This document shows, one piece after another, positions 1 through 9,416 of a stretch of 64,000 nt of DNA. This DNA comes from Candidatus Bathyarchaeota archaeon (GTDB lineage: Archaea > Thermoproteota > Bathyarchaeia > TCS64). Position numbers and translations under genes: made by a program. A model generated the notes under the pieces. That model ran no database searches. It was given only the letters and a program-made list of their open reading frames with translations, and had not been told where the DNA came from. The stretch is from NCBI GenBank assembly GCA_963769425.1, contig CAVYLP010000006.1, positions 512,001 to 576,000 of the forward strand, read 5' to 3'. The first letter of the stretch is position 1, and each line of letters opens with the position of its first letter.

Positions 1-2
1 AC

Positions 3-1145
3 TTCCTGCGGAGCGCGGCCTCCGCCCTCACCCCTGTGCTCATCGTCGAGCTGGGGATAAGCCGCGCCGCGATGGGGCTGCTCATCACTGGGTACTTCCT
101 AATCTACGGGATAATGCAGCTTCCCGCCGGTGTGCTCACAGACGTGCTCGGACCCAGAAAGTCGATACTCTGGTTCACCGGCCTCACGTGTATCGGCTGC
201 GCCCTCTTCTACCTTAGCTACAGGTACGAGCTCCTCCTCGCCGCCCAGATCATAATGGGCATCGGAACCAGTGTCTTCTACATAAACGCCGTCACTGTCA
301 TCATCCGCTGGTTCCCGCCCGAGAGGAAGGCCACAGCGATAGGCGTACTGAGTGCCGCCAGTGGAGTGGGTGGCTTCGCGAGCTACATAGGGTTCCCCCT
401 CATCCAGTCTATCCTCGGGAACTGGAGGGATCTCTACGTCGTCATGCTCGTCCTCCTCGTCGCCAACTGGGGGATAAACATCTTCGTCCTCAAGGACGGC
501 CCTACGCCAGTTGTGTCCGTGAAGAGAGAGCCGCGCAACATCGTCGCCTCCTTCAGGCAGACCCTCTCTGACAAGAGGTTCGCCCCTATGCTCTTCATCT
601 ACACGCTGCTTGGCTTCAACTACGTCCTGCTCTCGTGGGGCACGCAGTTTCTGATCGAGTCGAAAGGGCTGACCTACGTGGAGGCGGGGTTGGTGACGAG
701 CCTCGGCACCGTCGCAGGTTTCCTCGGCTGCCTCTCAATGGGTGTGATCAGTGACAGGCTCAGGAAGCGGAAGACCCCCATCATAGCCTTCTTCGGCCTC
801 TACCTCCTCTCTCTCGCCGGGGTCGTGCTGATGCCCGGTGGCCTAAGCGTAGCCCTCTACGCAGGCCTCTGGTGCCTAATGGGCTTAGGCAATAGTGTAT
901 GGGTCATCTACTTCAGCATGGTTGGTGAGGTCCTCCCAGTCCGCAAAGTGAGCATCGGCCTCGGACTACTAAACGGCGCGAACATAGTCTTCTCAAGTTT
1001 AATGACGCCTCTCTACGGCAGTCTCGTCGACCAAACGGGAAGCTTCTTCATCCCCGGCCTCATCAGTATCGGCGTGGCAGCCGTAACATTCGCCGTTCTC
1101 CTTCTCTACACGAAGGAGACTTACGGCAACGTCATCAAGGAGTAG
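3..1145 (+). CDS. MFS transporter, 5' end outside the window
   Basis: About 11 hydrophobic segments; MFS loop motifs GVLTDVLGPRK and GVISDRLRKRK; the frame is open from position 3 (FLRSAASALTPVL...). Confidence 0.9.
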   Translation, partial: FLRSAASALTPVLIVELGISRAAMGLLITGYFLIYGIMQLPAGVLTDVLGPRKSILWFTGLTCIGCALFYLSYRYELLLAAQIIMGIGTSVFYINAVTVIIRWFPPERKATAIGVLSAASGVGGFASYIGFPLIQSILGNWRDLYVVMLVLLVANWGINIFVLKDGPTPVVSVKREPRNIVASFRQTLSDKRFAPMLFIYTLLGFNYVLLSWGTQFLIESKGLTYVEAGLVTSLGTVAGFLGCLSMGVISDRLRKRKTPIIAFFGLYLLSLAGVVLMPGGLSVALYAGLWCLMGLGNSVWVIYFSMVGEVLPVRKVSIGLGLLNGANIVFSSLMTPLYGSLVDQTGSFFIPGLISIGVAAVTFAVLLLYTKETYGNVIKE

Positions 1146-1184
1146 TTGCAAACCGTTTTAGACGCATACATCCGATCCTAGTGT

Positions 1185-2528
1185 ATGTGGACGGTCAACT
1201 CAGAGTCGGGCAGGCTCAACGCGGTTCTTATCCAGGATAGCGTCGAGTCCTTCTGGGAGAAGAGGCTCCCTTTCGAAGGTGTTGAGTCGAACCTGCAGTA
1301 TTTGCCGCGGTGCGTCCATCCCCAGATGGAGGGAGGGCACAACGAGTGGCTTCAGCTCCCGAAGATGCTGGGGGAGGAGGGCGTCAAGGTCTTCGAGGTC
1401 ACTAGTATAATGGGGAAGGCGCTTGAGAAGGCCACTTTTAAGGAGAAGAAGGCGATCATCAAGGAGATCTGGGAGGGCTTCCCCGCGGCGCCGAAACCGG
1501 AGGAGTTCAAGCTAGAGCACCTCATCTACGGCTACCCCGAGGCACCCTACTACGATGCCAAGCAGGATAGGGTGGTCCTCCCCGACTTCCGCCGAGTCGC
1601 GTGGCCCTACAGCAGGGACACCAGCTTCACGACTCAGGTGGGGACCGTCATCTGCAATATGCGCCGATACAGCAGGCGCCAGGAGGTCAGGGTGGTGAAG
1701 CTCGCCTATGAGCTTGACCCAACGCTATCGAAGCACGTTGAGGTCATCTGGGACGCGAACGAGGCGGGGGGCGTCACCACTGAGCCGCCGAACGTGGAGG
1801 GGGGTGACACGCAGATTGTGGATGCTGAGACGGTCGCCATCGGTATGGGGCAGAGGAGCACCCTCACCGGAATCAAGCGCTGTGCAGAGGAACTCTTCAG
1901 GCACGACCGCGAGGGCAAGATCAGGTACGTCTGCGCTGTACAGCTCCCCGACTACCCCGCCCTCGACTACATGCACCTCGACGTGACCATCAACTACCCG
2001 GACAAACAGCGCGCCCTCGTCATGCCCTACGTCTGGGACACCGAGGTCGTCAAGGGGATGCCACCCAAGAAGCTCCTGCTTAAGACGCTAGAGGCGCTGC
2101 GGCAGCAGAGCGACGCCGACTACCGCCCTATGGGGCCGATGATCCACCCCGACGGCTTCAAACACGGGGGAAGGACGACGATCTACGTCAACAAGGGGGG
2201 GAAGCTCGAACCTCTTCGCACAGAGGTGAGCCTCATCGACTTCCTAGTCAAGGAGGGCAAACTCGACGCGGACGGCATCATGTACGTTGGGGGGTTGCCC
2301 GAGAAGGAGAACGATGTGGGCCACCTCTACGCCGCCTTCCTCGAGCAGGCGCGCGGCGCGGGGAACATAGTCGCCACCCGGCCCAAGTCGGTGATCGCCT
2401 ACCAGAGGAACAAGAAGACCATCGGTGTGCTCAGGGAGAACGGGATAAAGGTCCACGAGTGGGAGGACAGCTACCTCGACCTACTCGGCGGGCCACACTG
2501 CAGCACGAGCCCGCTGAGCCGCGACTAG
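1185..2528 (+). CDS. arcA: Arginine deiminase-like amidinotransferase (pentein) family protein
   Basis: N-terminal VNSESGRLNAV; motifs SRD, EGGD, MHLD and C-terminal GGPHCSTSPL (Cys-His-Asp/Glu catalytic set). Confidence 0.75.
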   Translation: MWTVNSESGRLNAVLIQDSVESFWEKRLPFEGVESNLQYLPRCVHPQMEGGHNEWLQLPKMLGEEGVKVFEVTSIMGKALEKATFKEKKAIIKEIWEGFPAAPKPEEFKLEHLIYGYPEAPYYDAKQDRVVLPDFRRVAWPYSRDTSFTTQVGTVICNMRRYSRRQEVRVVKLAYELDPTLSKHVEVIWDANEAGGVTTEPPNVEGGDTQIVDAETVAIGMGQRSTLTGIKRCAEELFRHDREGKIRYVCAVQLPDYPALDYMHLDVTINYPDKQRALVMPYVWDTEVVKGMPPKKLLLKTLEALRQQSDADYRPMGPMIHPDGFKHGGRTTIYVNKGGKLEPLRTEVSLIDFLVKEGKLDADGIMYVGGLPEKENDVGHLYAAFLEQARGAGNIVATRPKSVIAYQRNKKTIGVLRENGIKVHEWEDSYLDLLGGPHCSTSPLSRD

Positions 2529-2764
2529 CGTCTCGTTTTCCGCGTCACTACGCCGAAGCCCTTTACACCCTGGAAGCTGGAGCCGAGGAGGAAGCTGCTC
2601 CCCACCAGCCCCGTGTTAGTGACAACGGAGATGACAATCTCCCCGGCTGCCTCGAGGGACTCAAGGTACTCACCGAAGCTCTGCAAGTCCTCCTCGAAGG
2701 ATTCGATCGGGTAGTAGTATATCCTGAGACTTGGTCCGTCGTGTTTGATTTGTGGCTCGGCCAT
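2525..2764 (-). CDS. Small hypothetical protein (79 aa)
   Basis: ATG preceded by GAGG/AGGA; fills the gap between convergent genes; protein-like composition. Confidence 0.6.
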   Translation of the reverse strand: MAEPQIKHDGPSLRIYYYPIESFEEDLQSFGEYLESLEAAGEIVISVVTNTGLVGSSFLLGSSFQGVKGFGVVTRKTRR

Positions 2765-2809
2765 GTCCTGCGCCTCACTTTCGTGGGTAGGGGGCGCAGA
2801 TAAAGGTGG

Positions 2810-3598
2810 TCAGTGCACGCTCTTGATGAACTTGGCGACCTCACCGTAGAAGTAGTCTGGGTTGTCGCTCATCATTACATGCCCCGCCCCGGGGACGTAG
2901 ACGAGGGGGAATAGGGCCGCCATCTTCTTCTCGCTAGTCCAGAGACCCTTGTTCTTCTCCCCGTAGACGACGAGTGTGGGGACCTTGAGCGCCTTCAGCT
3001 CCCCCGCGAGCTTGTCCTCTTTGCTGACCTTGACGAGGTCTTCGCTGCTGCGGTACATGGTGACGGCTCCAGCCTTCCTTTGGCTCTCCATCATACTCGG
3101 GGCGTAACCCCTCTTCACCATGCCTTCGAGGTCCTTCTGGAATCCCGTCTTCGCATACTCGTCGAACGTGTACTTGGTGATGACGAGGTTGCTCCCGAAG
3201 CAGTCGTCGAAGTCTATGTTACCCTCGCAGTAGACGATGCCCTTGACGCGTGGGCCGAGTAGCTCCGCGAGGTAGACGCCTATGGGGCCACCCATGCTGT
3301 GTGGGATGAGGAGCACGTCGCCCTTGATGCCGACCGCGTCGATGAGCGCTTTGACAGCCTGCGCCTGCTCTCTCATCGTGTACTTGAAACCCTTCGGCGC
3401 GGGCTTGGAGTCGCCGAATCCGACGAGGTCGGGGATTAGTATGCTGTACTGCGAGAGTTCGGGGTAGTCGTGTATCGGCTGCCAGTAGTCCTTCGAGCCG
3501 CCAAGCCCGTGGATGGGGACTATGGTCATGGGCTTCTTGCCCTTGTGGTATGTGTAGGAGAAGGTGTATCCACCCGCCTTGATCGTCTCGCTCTTCAT
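2810..3598 (-). CDS. Alpha/beta-fold hydrolase
   Basis: HGLGG oxyanion motif, PDLVGFGDS, nucleophile elbow PHSMGG, C-terminal AGH. Confidence 0.9.
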   Translation of the reverse strand: MKSETIKAGGYTFSYTYHKGKKPMTIVPIHGLGGSKDYWQPIHDYPELSQYSILIPDLVGFGDSKPAPKGFKYTMREQAQAVKALIDAVGIKGDVLLIPHSMGGPIGVYLAELLGPRVKGIVYCEGNIDFDDCFGSNLVITKYTFDEYAKTGFQKDLEGMVKRGYAPSMMESQRKAGAVTMYRSSEDLVKVSKEDKLAGELKALKVPTLVVYGEKNKGLWTSEKKMAALFPLVYVPGAGHVMMSDNPDYFYGEVAKFIKSVH

Positions 3599-3637
3599 GG
3601 CTAGCGGGTGTGTGGAGGAGGTATATGAGAATGGGGG

Positions 3638-4702
3638 CTAGAAGTGGCGGAAGCAGCGCTCGTCCGTGAAGGCCATTGCGATGCCGAACTCGTTGCACGC
3701 CGCTATGACTTCGTCGTCCTTTATGCTTCCCCCCGGCTGGCAACACGCCTTGATGCCGTACTTGGCGAGGGCGTCGATGCTGTCGCGGAACGGGAAGAAG
3801 CCGTCGCTGGCTAGGACGGCGTCCTTGAGCCTGTCCTTGTGGCCACGCTCCTCCGCCTTCTGGAGGGCCTGCCTCACCGCGATGACGCGGTCCTGCTGCC
3901 CCGTGCCGACGCCGAGGGTCTGCCTGTCGTCAGCGAGGACGACGCCGTTGCTCCGGACGTTGAGGTTCACGTACCAGGAGAAGAGCAGGTCGCGTGTCTC
4001 CTTCTCGGTGCCCTTCCTCTCGGTGACCCAGCGGAAGTCGTTGACACTCCTCATTCTCGTGAGCATGGGTGCGCTGAGGACGAAGCTGCCGTCCGTCATG
4101 GTGCTTATGACGAGCGGCCACGGGTCCTCCCCGACGAATCGGCTGCCGGCGTAGATGTTGTCGACCTGGATTATGCGTATGTCCTTCTTCTGCTCGAAGA
4201 CGGGCATCGCCTCGGGGGCGAAGCCGGGTGCCACGACCGCCTCGACGTAGTTGCTCATTATTTCCTCGGCGGTCTCCTTGTCGACGGGCTTGTTGAAGCC
4301 GGCGACGCATCCGAAGGCGGCGACTGGGTCGCTCTCCCACGCCCTCTTGAAGACCGCCTTGAGACTATCACCCTTCCTCGCTGCTGCTACCCCACTTGGG
4401 TTAACATGCTTCATTATGGCGCAGGCAGCCTCGTCGAAGTATCGCACTATGTTGCAGGCGTTGTTCATGTCCTCGATGTTCGTCTGGCTGAGGCCGCCCT
4501 TGCCCGTCTTGAGGATCTTCATGGCGCCGACGGTGAGCTTGCCCTCCTTCGGGGCGTAGTACGCCGCGGGTTGGTGGGGGTTCTCGCCGTACCTGAGGCT
4601 CTGCGCCTTGTGGTACTCGATCTCCTGGTCCCCGAGGGTGATCTTGATCTTCTCGGGGAAGCTCTCCTCGAGCTTAGTCCTGTATAGCTTCTTTATGCTC
4701 AC
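3638..4702 (-). CDS. purH: AICAR transformylase (C-terminal domain of PurH)
   Basis: LRYGENPHQPAA, KHVNPSG, SNGVV, LASDGFFPFRD, QPGGSIKD, RCFRHF. Confidence 0.92.
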   Translation of the reverse strand: MSIKKLYRTKLEESFPEKIKITLGDQEIEYHKAQSLRYGENPHQPAAYYAPKEGKLTVGAMKILKTGKGGLSQTNIEDMNNACNIVRYFDEAACAIMKHVNPSGVAAARKGDSLKAVFKRAWESDPVAAFGCVAGFNKPVDKETAEEIMSNYVEAVVAPGFAPEAMPVFEQKKDIRIIQVDNIYAGSRFVGEDPWPLVISTMTDGSFVLSAPMLTRMRSVNDFRWVTERKGTEKETRDLLFSWYVNLNVRSNGVVLADDRQTLGVGTGQQDRVIAVRQALQKAEERGHKDRLKDAVLASDGFFPFRDSIDALAKYGIKACCQPGGSIKDDEVIAACNEFGIAMAFTDERCFRHF

Positions 4703-5304
4703 TTCTTCTTCCCCTCCTTCTCTAGGTATGTCGTTATGGCTGAGTCGTAGGCTGATGTGCGACGGAAGGCCGCCTCGGCGAGTTCCCTGACGAGTTTCTT
4801 GGGTATCTCGCCCTTGTTCTCCTTGAGTGCCTTGATGATCTCCGGATACTGCTTGGGGTCCGTGACCACGGTGACCTTGCCGTAGAGTAGCGCTGCCTTT
4901 GCGGCGCTGCGTATCATGGTTGGGCCTCCGATGTCGATGTTCTCGGCAGCCTCAAGTAGCTCCGCGCCCTTGGCGACCGTCGCCTCGAATGGGTAGAGGT
5001 TGACGACGACCATTTCGAACGGCTTGATGCCGTGCTTGTCCATGAACTCTCTGTGCTCGGGCACGTCCCTGCTGAGTAGGAGGCCGCCGTGTACACGTGG
5101 GTGGAGTGTCTTTAGGAGGCCGCCGGGGCTCTCGGGGTGGCCCGTGTAATCGCTCACCTCGGTGAGCTTCGTGTATCCGAGTTCGTTGATCTTCTTGGCG
5201 GTGCCGCCGCTGCTCACTATCTCTGCGCCGATGGCGCCGAGGGCCTTGACTAGATCCTCTAAGCCGGATTTGTCGGAGACGCTTATGAGGGCGCGCTTGA
5301 TCAT
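4699..5304 (-). CDS. purH: IMP cyclohydrolase (N-terminal MGS-like domain of PurH)
   Basis: RALISVSDKSG, SSGGTA, KTLHPRVHGG, VVNLYPF, ENIDIGGPTMIRSAAK. Confidence 0.92.
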   Translation of the reverse strand: MIKRALISVSDKSGLEDLVKALGAIGAEIVSSGGTAKKINELGYTKLTEVSDYTGHPESPGGLLKTLHPRVHGGLLLSRDVPEHREFMDKHGIKPFEMVVVNLYPFEATVAKGAELLEAAENIDIGGPTMIRSAAKAALLYGKVTVVTDPKQYPEIIKALKENKGEIPKKLVRELAEAAFRRTSAYDSAITTYLEKEGKKK

Positions 5305-5398
5305 GCCTTTCGACTTCCTTGCTGGGGTAGGCTCCGTGTCTCGTTATTAGAACTTGCCCTCAAACGGAGAGCAGAATTAACAGGTTTAGTTAAAAAGT

Positions 5399-6859
5399 CT
5401 AGAGGAGACGGTTAGGGCCGGGCATCATGATGTCGTGGGGCGCGATCTCCTGGTAGCCGCGCTCCGTTACGAGTGCGAGCCTCGCCCTGTCCCACATCTG
5501 CTGGATGTCGGAGGCGCCTATGTAGCCCATCGCGGCCTTGAGGCCGCCGACGTACTCGTGTATGATGTCGGCGACGGGGCCCCTGTAGGGGACCCAGCCC
5601 TCTACTCCCTCGTTTATCGCTTTGCTGGGTTGGCTGTAGCGGTCTTGGGCATAGCGTTTCTTTCTCGCCCTGGCGCTGCCCATACCGTAGTACTCCTTAT
5701 AGTAGCGGCCCTCCATGGCGACTAGGCGCCCAGGGGATTCGCTGCACCCGGCGAAAACGTTGCCCATCATGGCGGCGTTGGCGCCGACGCTGAGGGCGAC
5801 GGCGATGTCGCCTGGGTTGCGTAGCCCGCCGTCCGCGATGACACTGATCTTGGCCTTGTTGTTCCTCACGGCGTCCGCGGCGTTACTGGTGGCGTATAGT
5901 GTCGGTGCACCCGCTCGGGTGACGACGCTTGTGGAGCAGATGGAACCGGAGCCGATTCCGCATTTCACACCTGCGATGCCGTCGAGCTTGGTTATGCAGT
6001 CCTCGGCGGCTTGGTAGGTGCCTATGTTGCCGACTATGACTTCGGCGCTCATCTCGTTGATGAGCTTCTTGGCGGCATCGAAGCAATTCTTGTTGTGGAA
6101 GTGGGCGACGTCGGTGAAGATGATGTCGACGTATTTGTCAAGCGCCTTGGCGCGTTCTAGGTCGAACGGGCTTACCGCTGCGGCGCAGATGAGGCGCCCC
6201 TCCTCGTCTCGGATGGCGTCGGGGAAGTCGCCCTTGAGGGTGATGTCCTTCATGGTGATCAGTCCCTTAACGTGGCGATCATTGTCGACGATGGGGAGCT
6301 TCTCTATCTTGTGCTTGTGAAGCACTTGTTTGGCCTCGTCGAGGGTTATGTCCTCGGCGCCTGTGATGACCTTCTTGGTCATTATGTCGCGGACTTTGAG
6401 GGTCTGCTCGGCAAGGCGTACGTCGCGCCATGTTGCTATACCTACGAGCTTTCCCCCGCGTCCTACGACGGGGAAGCCCTTGATGTGGTGCTCCTCCATG
6501 AGTTTGAGGAGCTCGCCGACGGTGGTGTCGGGTGTGACCGTCACCACGTCCCTGATTATTACCGCCTCGGCGCGCTTCACGCGGCGCGCCATGTCCACCT
6601 CCTCCTCCGCCGAGCAGTTCCTGTGGAGGACGCCTAGTCCGCCGTTGCGTGCCATGGCTATGGCCATGTCGGACTCGGTGACTGTGTCCATCGGGCTGCT
6701 GAGGAAGGGGGAGTTGAGCGTGATATTCTTCGTTAGCCGGGTTACGACCGTGGCCTCGCTTGGTTCGAGGGTCGTCCAGCCGGGGAGGAGAATCACGTCG
6801 TTGAAGGTGAAGGCGGTGTCCGCGTCTTTGAACTTGTCACGGAAACCCATCACTAGCAC
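5399..6859 (-). CDS. guaB: IMP dehydrogenase with CBS pair (start may be ATG 6850)
   Basis: TFNDVILLP, SSPMDTVTE, GIGSGSICST catalytic loop, ADGG, YYGMGS, EGVEG. Confidence 0.95.
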   Translation of the reverse strand: MLVMGFRDKFKDADTAFTFNDVILLPGWTTLEPSEATVVTRLTKNITLNSPFLSSPMDTVTESDMAIAMARNGGLGVLHRNCSAEEEVDMARRVKRAEAVIIRDVVTVTPDTTVGELLKLMEEHHIKGFPVVGRGGKLVGIATWRDVRLAEQTLKVRDIMTKKVITGAEDITLDEAKQVLHKHKIEKLPIVDNDRHVKGLITMKDITLKGDFPDAIRDEEGRLICAAAVSPFDLERAKALDKYVDIIFTDVAHFHNKNCFDAAKKLINEMSAEVIVGNIGTYQAAEDCITKLDGIAGVKCGIGSGSICSTSVVTRAGAPTLYATSNAADAVRNNKAKISVIADGGLRNPGDIAVALSVGANAAMMGNVFAGCSESPGRLVAMEGRYYKEYYGMGSARARKKRYAQDRYSQPSKAINEGVEGWVPYRGPVADIIHEYVGGLKAAMGYIGASDIQQMWDRARLALVTERGYQEIAPHDIMMPGPNRLL

Positions 6860-7130
6860 CTATATTTTAGAAGGCATCTCACCTTACGCATCTTATATAC
6901 TTTTGGTTTATCAGAGCGCTGATGTTTGACATAATCTTGTTAAGTACGGATGGTTTTGGATGATCCTCTCATCCCTTTTTTGGGTCGGAGATGGGTCAGA
7001 AGGAAGCGAGGGAAAACTCCGACAATTAAGATCATTTACGCACTTTTGTAAATATTCGATATTAACGGAGATCTATTTTAGCCCTATTTTTTCAAGTGGA
7101 GCCTTTTTGAGCAAAGAGGCGAGTTCTCCC

Positions 7131-7733
7131 CTATTTTTCGGATATACGACGTATGTATTCTAGATCCTTGGCAGTGTCGACATCCATGAGGGATTTCAGG
7201 TTGGGATCAATGGCTCTAATCTCGTCCATTGGGACTCGCGTAACGTCAGGTAGAGTGTCAAGGATTAACCTGAGTCTCTTCTCCCCCGACTCGATTAGTA
7301 CTAGGGCAGCGTCGGATGCCTTCCTCGACCTATAGACTGAGTGGAGGGGTTCGACCCAGCCGTTCGGCCAGTATGGCGTAGCTGCATCGTGCCCTGCAGC
7401 CTTAGCGAAGAGAAGCTCGACGACGCGTGGGTCGATGAGGGGTTGATCACCGCCGGTGAGGAAGGTGTACTCGCCGCGCGCCTCTTTTAGGCCAGTATAT
7501 GCTCCGACGAGTGGTGAGCCTCGGGGGAGGCGATCGGCGACGACTCTTGCACCGAAGGACGCGTAAGCCTCCTTCTGAGCCTTTGAGCCAACGACTATTA
7601 CAATATCTTCGACGATGGGTTTGAGCCGCTCAACAATGTGGGTAATTATGGGTTCCCCGTTAAGGATTATTAGCCCCTTATCTCCGCCCATTCGGCTGGA
7701 TTTTCCTCCCACGAGGACCACGGCTGAGCGCAT
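7131..7733 (-). CDS. mobA: Molybdenum cofactor guanylyltransferase
   Basis: VLVGGKSSRMGGDKG, SPLVG, GDQP, EPLHSVY; probable start ATG 7733. Confidence 0.88.
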   Translation of the reverse strand: MRSAVVLVGGKSSRMGGDKGLIILNGEPIITHIVERLKPIVEDIVIVVGSKAQKEAYASFGARVVADRLPRGSPLVGAYTGLKEARGEYTFLTGGDQPLIDPRVVELLFAKAAGHDAATPYWPNGWVEPLHSVYRSRKASDAALVLIESGEKRLRLILDTLPDVTRVPMDEIRAIDPNLKSLMDVDTAKDLEYIRRISEK

Positions 7734-7868
7734 TACAACTCTTCTTATTGATGTATGCGGTGAAAAAGATTGCATATAGCCTACGGTTTTGTAGTTGATT
7801 AGCGAGCTGTAAATGGTTGCGATCTAGATATCCAGAAGTAGAGAATAGCTAAAACCAGGGGATGTTTC

Positions 7869-7929
7869 TGTACCTCTAGCACGCAAACTGTACCCTATGG
7901 GAGAATATTTGGTACCCGGTAGGAGGGTA
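7869..7929 (+). repeat. One good copy (7911-7929) and two decayed copies (7869, 7889) of the GGTACCnnGTAGnnGGGTA motif
   Basis: ggtacccggtaggagggta at 7911; tgtacc at 7869 and 7889 gives 20 and 22 bp spacing. Confidence 0.6.
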
Positions 7930-8016
7930 TAGCGATTTCTCCACATTTAATCTCAACAGGGGGGATTACACGCACTGTGGTGTAACCCATGTTTGATTAT
8001 TGGCTGAACGTTAATC

Positions 8017-8415
8017 TCATCTCGGCGACCGCGCCGGCCTTATTGCGCCCCTGTCGGGTAGGCCAAGCCTCCACGCTGGCGCCCCGGTCATCTTGTGGAC
8101 GGCCTCGGGGAGCGAGAGGGCGTCCCCACCCACGTAGCGCTGGAGGACGCGTGGGAAGGTGCCGAAGCTCCTCGGGTGCACCGGGGAGGTCAAGCCACCC
8201 CGCTCGGATGTCCCATCGGAACCTATCATGACCGCCTCGTGCCTCATTAGGACCCTGATGTCGTCCTCGAGGCCGAAGAGGCATGAATGGGACGTTATCG
8301 TCCTCGGTGACGATGATGTCGTATGCGGTGTCGATCGGGTCTCGCTTCAGCTCGTCTGCTATCTGCTTGACCGTCTTTCCGCTGTATGCCCGGTATGCTT
8401 CGCTCTCCAGGTAGC
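8017..8415 (-). pseudogene. Internal fragment of an N-acyl-D-amino-acid deacylase (amidohydrolase)
   Basis: GKTVKQIA...DPIDTAYDII, then after a frameshift near 8280 VMIGSDG...HPRSFGTFPRVL...LSLPEAVHKMTGAPAWRLGLPDRGAI; N- and C-terminal parts are absent. Confidence 0.85.
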
Positions 8416-8425
8416 ATGTTAACCA

Positions 8426-8639
8426 TGTGCCTGGTAGCTGGGTACCGGCGGTACCCACTAGCAGGGTACATGGTACCTAGTAGCAGGGTACAGGTGCACA
8501 TATCCGTGCAAGTTGGTACCCAGTAGGAGGGTACCACGGTACCTAGTAGCAGGGTATACGGTACCCTGTAGGGGGGTACGCGGTACCCAGTAGGGGGGTA
8601 TAACGTTTTTTCATTGTCTCTGTACCATGTAGCAGGGTA
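8426..8639 (+). repeat. Tandem array of 8 copies of a 19-bp quasi-palindromic motif, period about 22 bp
   Basis: Copies start at 8426, 8450, 8472, 8515, 8538, 8560, 8582 and 8621; consensus GGTACC(C/T)AGTAG(C/G)(A/G)GGGTA; a further decayed copy lies at 8763-8781. Confidence 0.9.
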
Positions 8640-8859
8640 CCGCAATTTTCCGCGTGTCTGTTCCCCGTCGGGAAGGTGTGGTGCGTAGCTGGTTGTGTGT
8701 GTATTCCTCGTAGTTTAGGTATCGAAAAAAAACGCCATTTTTGTACCTGCCAATAGGAATCAGATTCCTAGTAGGGTGGTATGGCTCATTGGCTGAACTC
8801 AATTAATTCTATCACATCGGACAATATCCTTAATCCGGCTGATAGGCTCATAGACCTCA

Positions 8860-9237
8860 ATGTCCAGGATATTTAACGTGAATGAAGCTCGGAAGTCCAT
8901 GAATCCAGGTGTTAGCGACATGTACTGGCTTGTCGACAAGGACCTCGGTGCATCAAAGTTTATGACGGTTCTCTACGAGTACCAGCCTAACTTCTCTACA
9001 AAACGTGTCCACTACCACGAGAAGCGCGAAAGTGCCTATATAGTCCTCGAAGGGGAAGCCCGCATCCATCTTAATGGCGAAGACCACATCCTACATCCAG
9101 GTGATGCTGCCTACCTCTCACCAATGGATATCCACGGCGTTGTCGGCTCAGGGCCAAAGGGACTCAAGATGATTGAGATATGGGCACCGCAAGAGAAGGA
9201 TGTCATCTACCTCGAGGACGGCAAGGTAGTAGAGTGA
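8860..9237 (+). CDS. Cupin-domain protein
   Basis: HYHEKRESAYIVLEG and GDAAYLSPMDIHG cupin motifs. Confidence 0.9.
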   Translation: MSRIFNVNEARKSMNPGVSDMYWLVDKDLGASKFMTVLYEYQPNFSTKRVHYHEKRESAYIVLEGEARIHLNGEDHILHPGDAAYLSPMDIHGVVGSGPKGLKMIEIWAPQEKDVIYLEDGKVVE

Positions 9238-9416
9238 AACTTAACAGGATCCCCGAAATCTGATTATCGTACCCGTGGAAACCTACCCCATGAATAGCTG
9301 GGTGTATCTCACTTTCGTGTACTCGGGATGAAAACATGGTTGCCTATACTTGGGATGAACCTGGTCACGGGGATCATTAGAGCCAGGATATCGAGTTGGA
9401 AAAAAAGGGGCCTGCT

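Noticed and set aside
3839-4687. Long antisense or alternative-frame ORFs (this one, 37551-38330, 54169-54927, 58809-59390 and others)
   Set aside because: They are shadows of well-supported genes on the opposite strand, expected from codon bias, and carry no recognisable motifs.
6950-7030. Possible purine riboswitch or sRNA near guaB (GGATGA/TCATCC and GTCGGAG/CTCCGAC stems)
   Set aside because: It lies upstream of the likely guaB TATA box (about 6894-6899), so it is not in the leader; I recognise no riboswitch consensus and the stems are short.
8426-8639. CRISPR array interpretation of the repeats
   Set aside because: Most gaps between copies are only 3-5 nt, the copies vary internally, and no cas genes are in the window.
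8295-8645. 116-aa ORF with YP/VP periodicity
   Set aside because: It is a translation of the DNA repeat; the 22-bp period is not a multiple of 3 and the frame runs into the pseudogene out of register.
9268-9370. Short duplicated TACT(C/T)GGGATGAA between the cupin and propeller genes
   Set aside because: Only two copies between convergent genes and no clear match to the array consensus; too little evidence.
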